The notes below the pieces were generated by a model. It had not been told where the DNA came from, searched no databases, and saw nothing but the letters and a program-made list of their open reading frames with translations. 34,316 bases of DNA from Bacteroidales bacterium. GTDB lineage: Bacteria; Bacteroidota; Bacteroidia; Bacteroidales; JAUNSR01. Made by a program: the position numbers and the translations under genes. This document shows, piece after piece, positions 32,463 through 34,316 of this stretch. Positions within the stretch are counted from its first letter, which is position 1; each line of letters opens with the position of its first letter. The stretch is from NCBI GenBank assembly GCA_051646395.1, contig JBOFCW010000068.1:1-34316 (forward strand), written 5' to 3'.

Positions 32463-32873
32463 TTAATAAGGAAGCATCGTCATCATGTCTGCCATCTTGT
32501 TGAGGGCGTCTTGCAATGGTTTCGAAACCATCGGTTTGATGAACATGCTCAGTTCAGCCTTCAGGGTAAGTTTGACTTTCGTTTCATACGGTCCTGTGCT
32601 GATAAGCTGTATCCAGAGATTGAATTGGATGGGTGATTTTTCGGATTCGAACTTGATGGTTTTCACCGGTTCGCGTTCAATGATGCGCATCCCCAATGTG
32701 CCGATCGGGCTTACCGAAAAGCTTACTGAATCGCTGTCGAACTCAAAATCCTTGATTTTATCCTGAGGGATACGATCCTTGATCAGCCCCAGGTTGTTGA
32801 GATTCGAAAATTTATTGTAAACAGCCTCTTGTGAGGCTGCTATTGTTTTTACCGGACTTTCAAATGTTGCCAT
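32463..32873 (-). CDS. SRPBCC/START-like (CoxG/polyketide cyclase-like) small protein
   Basis: 136 aa with the pattern I.AS.EAVY..FSNL, several beta strands and a C-terminal amphipathic helix; lies between pyrE and argH. Confidence 0.7.
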   Translation of the reverse strand: MATFESPVKTIAASQEAVYNKFSNLNNLGLIKDRIPQDKIKDFEFDSDSVSFSVSPIGTLGMRIIEREPVKTIKFESEKSPIQFNLWIQLISTGPYETKVKLTLKAELSMFIKPMVSKPLQDALNKMADMMTMLPY

Positions 32874-32888
32874 GTGCCTGTCTGGGGA

Positions 32889-33527
32889 TTATTTAGAAGG
32901 ATTCCATGCCGCAGGATCGTTGCGCCACTCTTTCAATGTTTCCAAATCAGAAGCCTGAATGAAATCGGTAGCTACCGCCTCTTCAAGAACAGCTTCGTAA
33001 TTGCTTAATGTGATCAGGCGAACGTCTGCTTCTTCGAATTTTTGCTGTGCAACCGGGAACAGGTAAGAGAAGATAGCGACCATACCAGCTACTTCGCATC
33101 CGTTATTCCGGATAGCATCAACAGCTTTAAGGCTGCTTCCACCAGTAGAGATCAGGTCTTCGATAACCACAACACGCTGTCCCGGACGCAAATCACCTTC
33201 GATCAGGTTTTCCAAACCATGGTCTTTCGGAGTTGCGCGAACATATACGAATGGTAATCCCAGTGCATCCGCAACCAGTGCTCCCTGCGCGATAGCTCCT
33301 GTAGCAACACCTGCGATTGCATCGATATTCTGGAAGTTTTCAAGGATCGTACGGCAAAGTTCAATACGGATCAGATTACGAACATCCGGATAAGACAATG
33401 TCTTGCGGTTGTCGCAATAGATTGGCGATTTCCAGCCTGAGGCCCATGTGAAAGGGTTGTTTGGCTGTAACTTAAGTGCTTTGATTGCCAATAGCTTTTC
33501 GGCTACTAAACGTTCTGGACTTTTCAT
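32889..33527 (-). CDS. pyrE: Orotate phosphoribosyltransferase
   Basis: FTWASGWKSPIYCDNR, YVR..PKDHG and PRPP-binding VVIEDLISTGGS. Start set at ATG 33527 (MKSPERL); an in-frame upstream ATG at 33620 also exists. Confidence 0.96.
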   Translation of the reverse strand: MKSPERLVAEKLLAIKALKLQPNNPFTWASGWKSPIYCDNRKTLSYPDVRNLIRIELCRTILENFQNIDAIAGVATGAIAQGALVADALGLPFVYVRATPKDHGLENLIEGDLRPGQRVVVIEDLISTGGSSLKAVDAIRNNGCEVAGMVAIFSYLFPVAQQKFEEADVRLITLSNYEAVLEEAVATDFIQASDLETLKEWRNDPAAWNPSK

Positions 33528-33555
33528 TTGGATATATTTGATATTTATATTAAGG

Positions 33556-33625
33556 TACAAATGCGCCTTTACATACCTTTTATCGGGTATCCCACCTGAG
33601 GGTGAGTAGGGCGATATCATTTGTA
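33556..33625 (-). ncRNA. Candidate structured 5' leader RNA of pyrE (three-way junction)
   Basis: Hand-folded stems UACAAAUG/CAUUUGUA, CGCC/GGCG, CUCACC/GGUGGG and AUACC/GGUAU form a GC-rich island in an AT-rich leader. Confidence 0.45.
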
Positions 33626-33668
33626 TATAATTAATTTAAAAGTATAATGCGGCTGTTTTTAAGCCTCA

Positions 33669-33698
33669 CAAAGATAGGGTATTATTCGGCGAATCCAA
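33669..33698 (-). promoter_or_regulatory. Promoter of the pyrE-SRPBCC-argH unit
   Basis: -33 TTG (33696-33698, inside the comF 3' end), 19-nt spacer, -7 TATCTTTG (33669-33676). Confidence 0.7.
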
Positions 33699-34316
33699 GA
33701 GTGAGGATACTGATTTTAACCTGAGGGATTTGCTGTAAGGCTGATATGCATGCTTCGAGGGTGGATCCGGATGTGAGTACGTCGTCAATTAGCAGGATGT
33801 GTTTTCCCTCCAGGTTTTGTTTCTTTTTGAGTTTGAACCCGGCTGATGCATTGAGGTATCGGTCGTATATGCTTTTACGGGTCTGACTCGGCGTGTGATG
33901 TCTTTTTATCAGAATGTCGGTGCGTATCGGTTTTTGCCAAACGCTACCGACGCCACGGGCAATCCATTCGCTTTGGTTATAGCCCCGCTTCAGCTGTTTG
34001 ATCCAATGCAATGGGACAGGAAGGAGGATGTCGATCGGGACTTGCCAACCGATGGATTGCAGTTCGCGGGCATAGAGTGCACCCAGATTGAATGCGGTAC
34101 GCGGTGAATCGTGGTATTTGAACCGATGGATTGCCTCGCGGAAGGAGCCTCCTTTTTCGAAATAACAAAAGCAGGCTACCCTCTCTACCTCACAACGGCC
34201 GTAGAAAAGCTGTTCCGCCAAATTTCCCGCTTGTTCATGAAAACGGGTTCGGGGAAGTCGCTGATTGCAATGCAGGCAATAACAACGTTCTTCATTGATC
34301 AGCGAATTGCCGCATT
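33682..34316 (-). CDS. comF: ComF family phosphoribosyltransferase-like protein, 5'-truncated by the window edge
   Basis: PVPLH, RGYNQS and LLIDDVLTSGSTL. The frame stays open to the window end with Cys-rich CGNSL...CLHC. Confidence 0.9.
   Translation of the reverse strand, partial: CGNSLINEERCYCLHCNQRLPRTRFHEQAGNLAEQLFYGRCEVERVACFCYFEKGGSFREAIHRFKYHDSPRTAFNLGALYARELQSIGWQVPIDILLPVPLHWIKQLKRGYNQSEWIARGVGSVWQKPIRTDILIKRHHTPSQTRKSIYDRYLNASAGFKLKKKQNLEGKHILLIDDVLTSGSTLEACISALQQIPQVKISILTLGFAE

Noticed and set aside
33556-33625. Hammerhead ribozyme or PyrR-binding loop
   Set aside because: The CUGANGA/GAAA core and the ARUCC-N-GNGAGGY consensus are absent on both strands.

Overview
Bacteroidales-type genomic window, judged from TAnnTTTG promoters, a SusC/SusD pair and T9SS-type C-terminal domains. 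About 28 kb (489-28292) is a polysaccharide utilization locus (PUL). A hybrid two-component regulator faces away from an operon encoding two predicted T9SS-secreted proteins (one unknown, one LamG/GH18), SusC, SusD, a sulfatase, GH20, GH2, GH29 and a second sulfatase. A divergent pair (third sulfatase, second GH2) follows. The enzyme set points to sulfated, fucosylated LacNAc glycans such as sulfomucin or keratan sulfate (inference). Downstream are four tRNA genes (Ser-TGA, Asp-GTC, Gly-GCC, Leu-TAA) interleaved with two decayed ISL3-family remnants, then a housekeeping block (Rieske-like lipoprotein, argH, SRPBCC protein, pyrE, partial comF). The strongest leads are the T9SS cargo pair inside a host-glycan PUL, a GH18 barrel apparently split by an inserted LamG domain, and a structured pyrE leader that could switch-pair with the start codon. 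Also notable are a 22-bp-unit REP-like element, two candidate operators, and a tRNA-Ser with a compensatory A19-U56 pair. All family calls come from motif reading; no database search was run.
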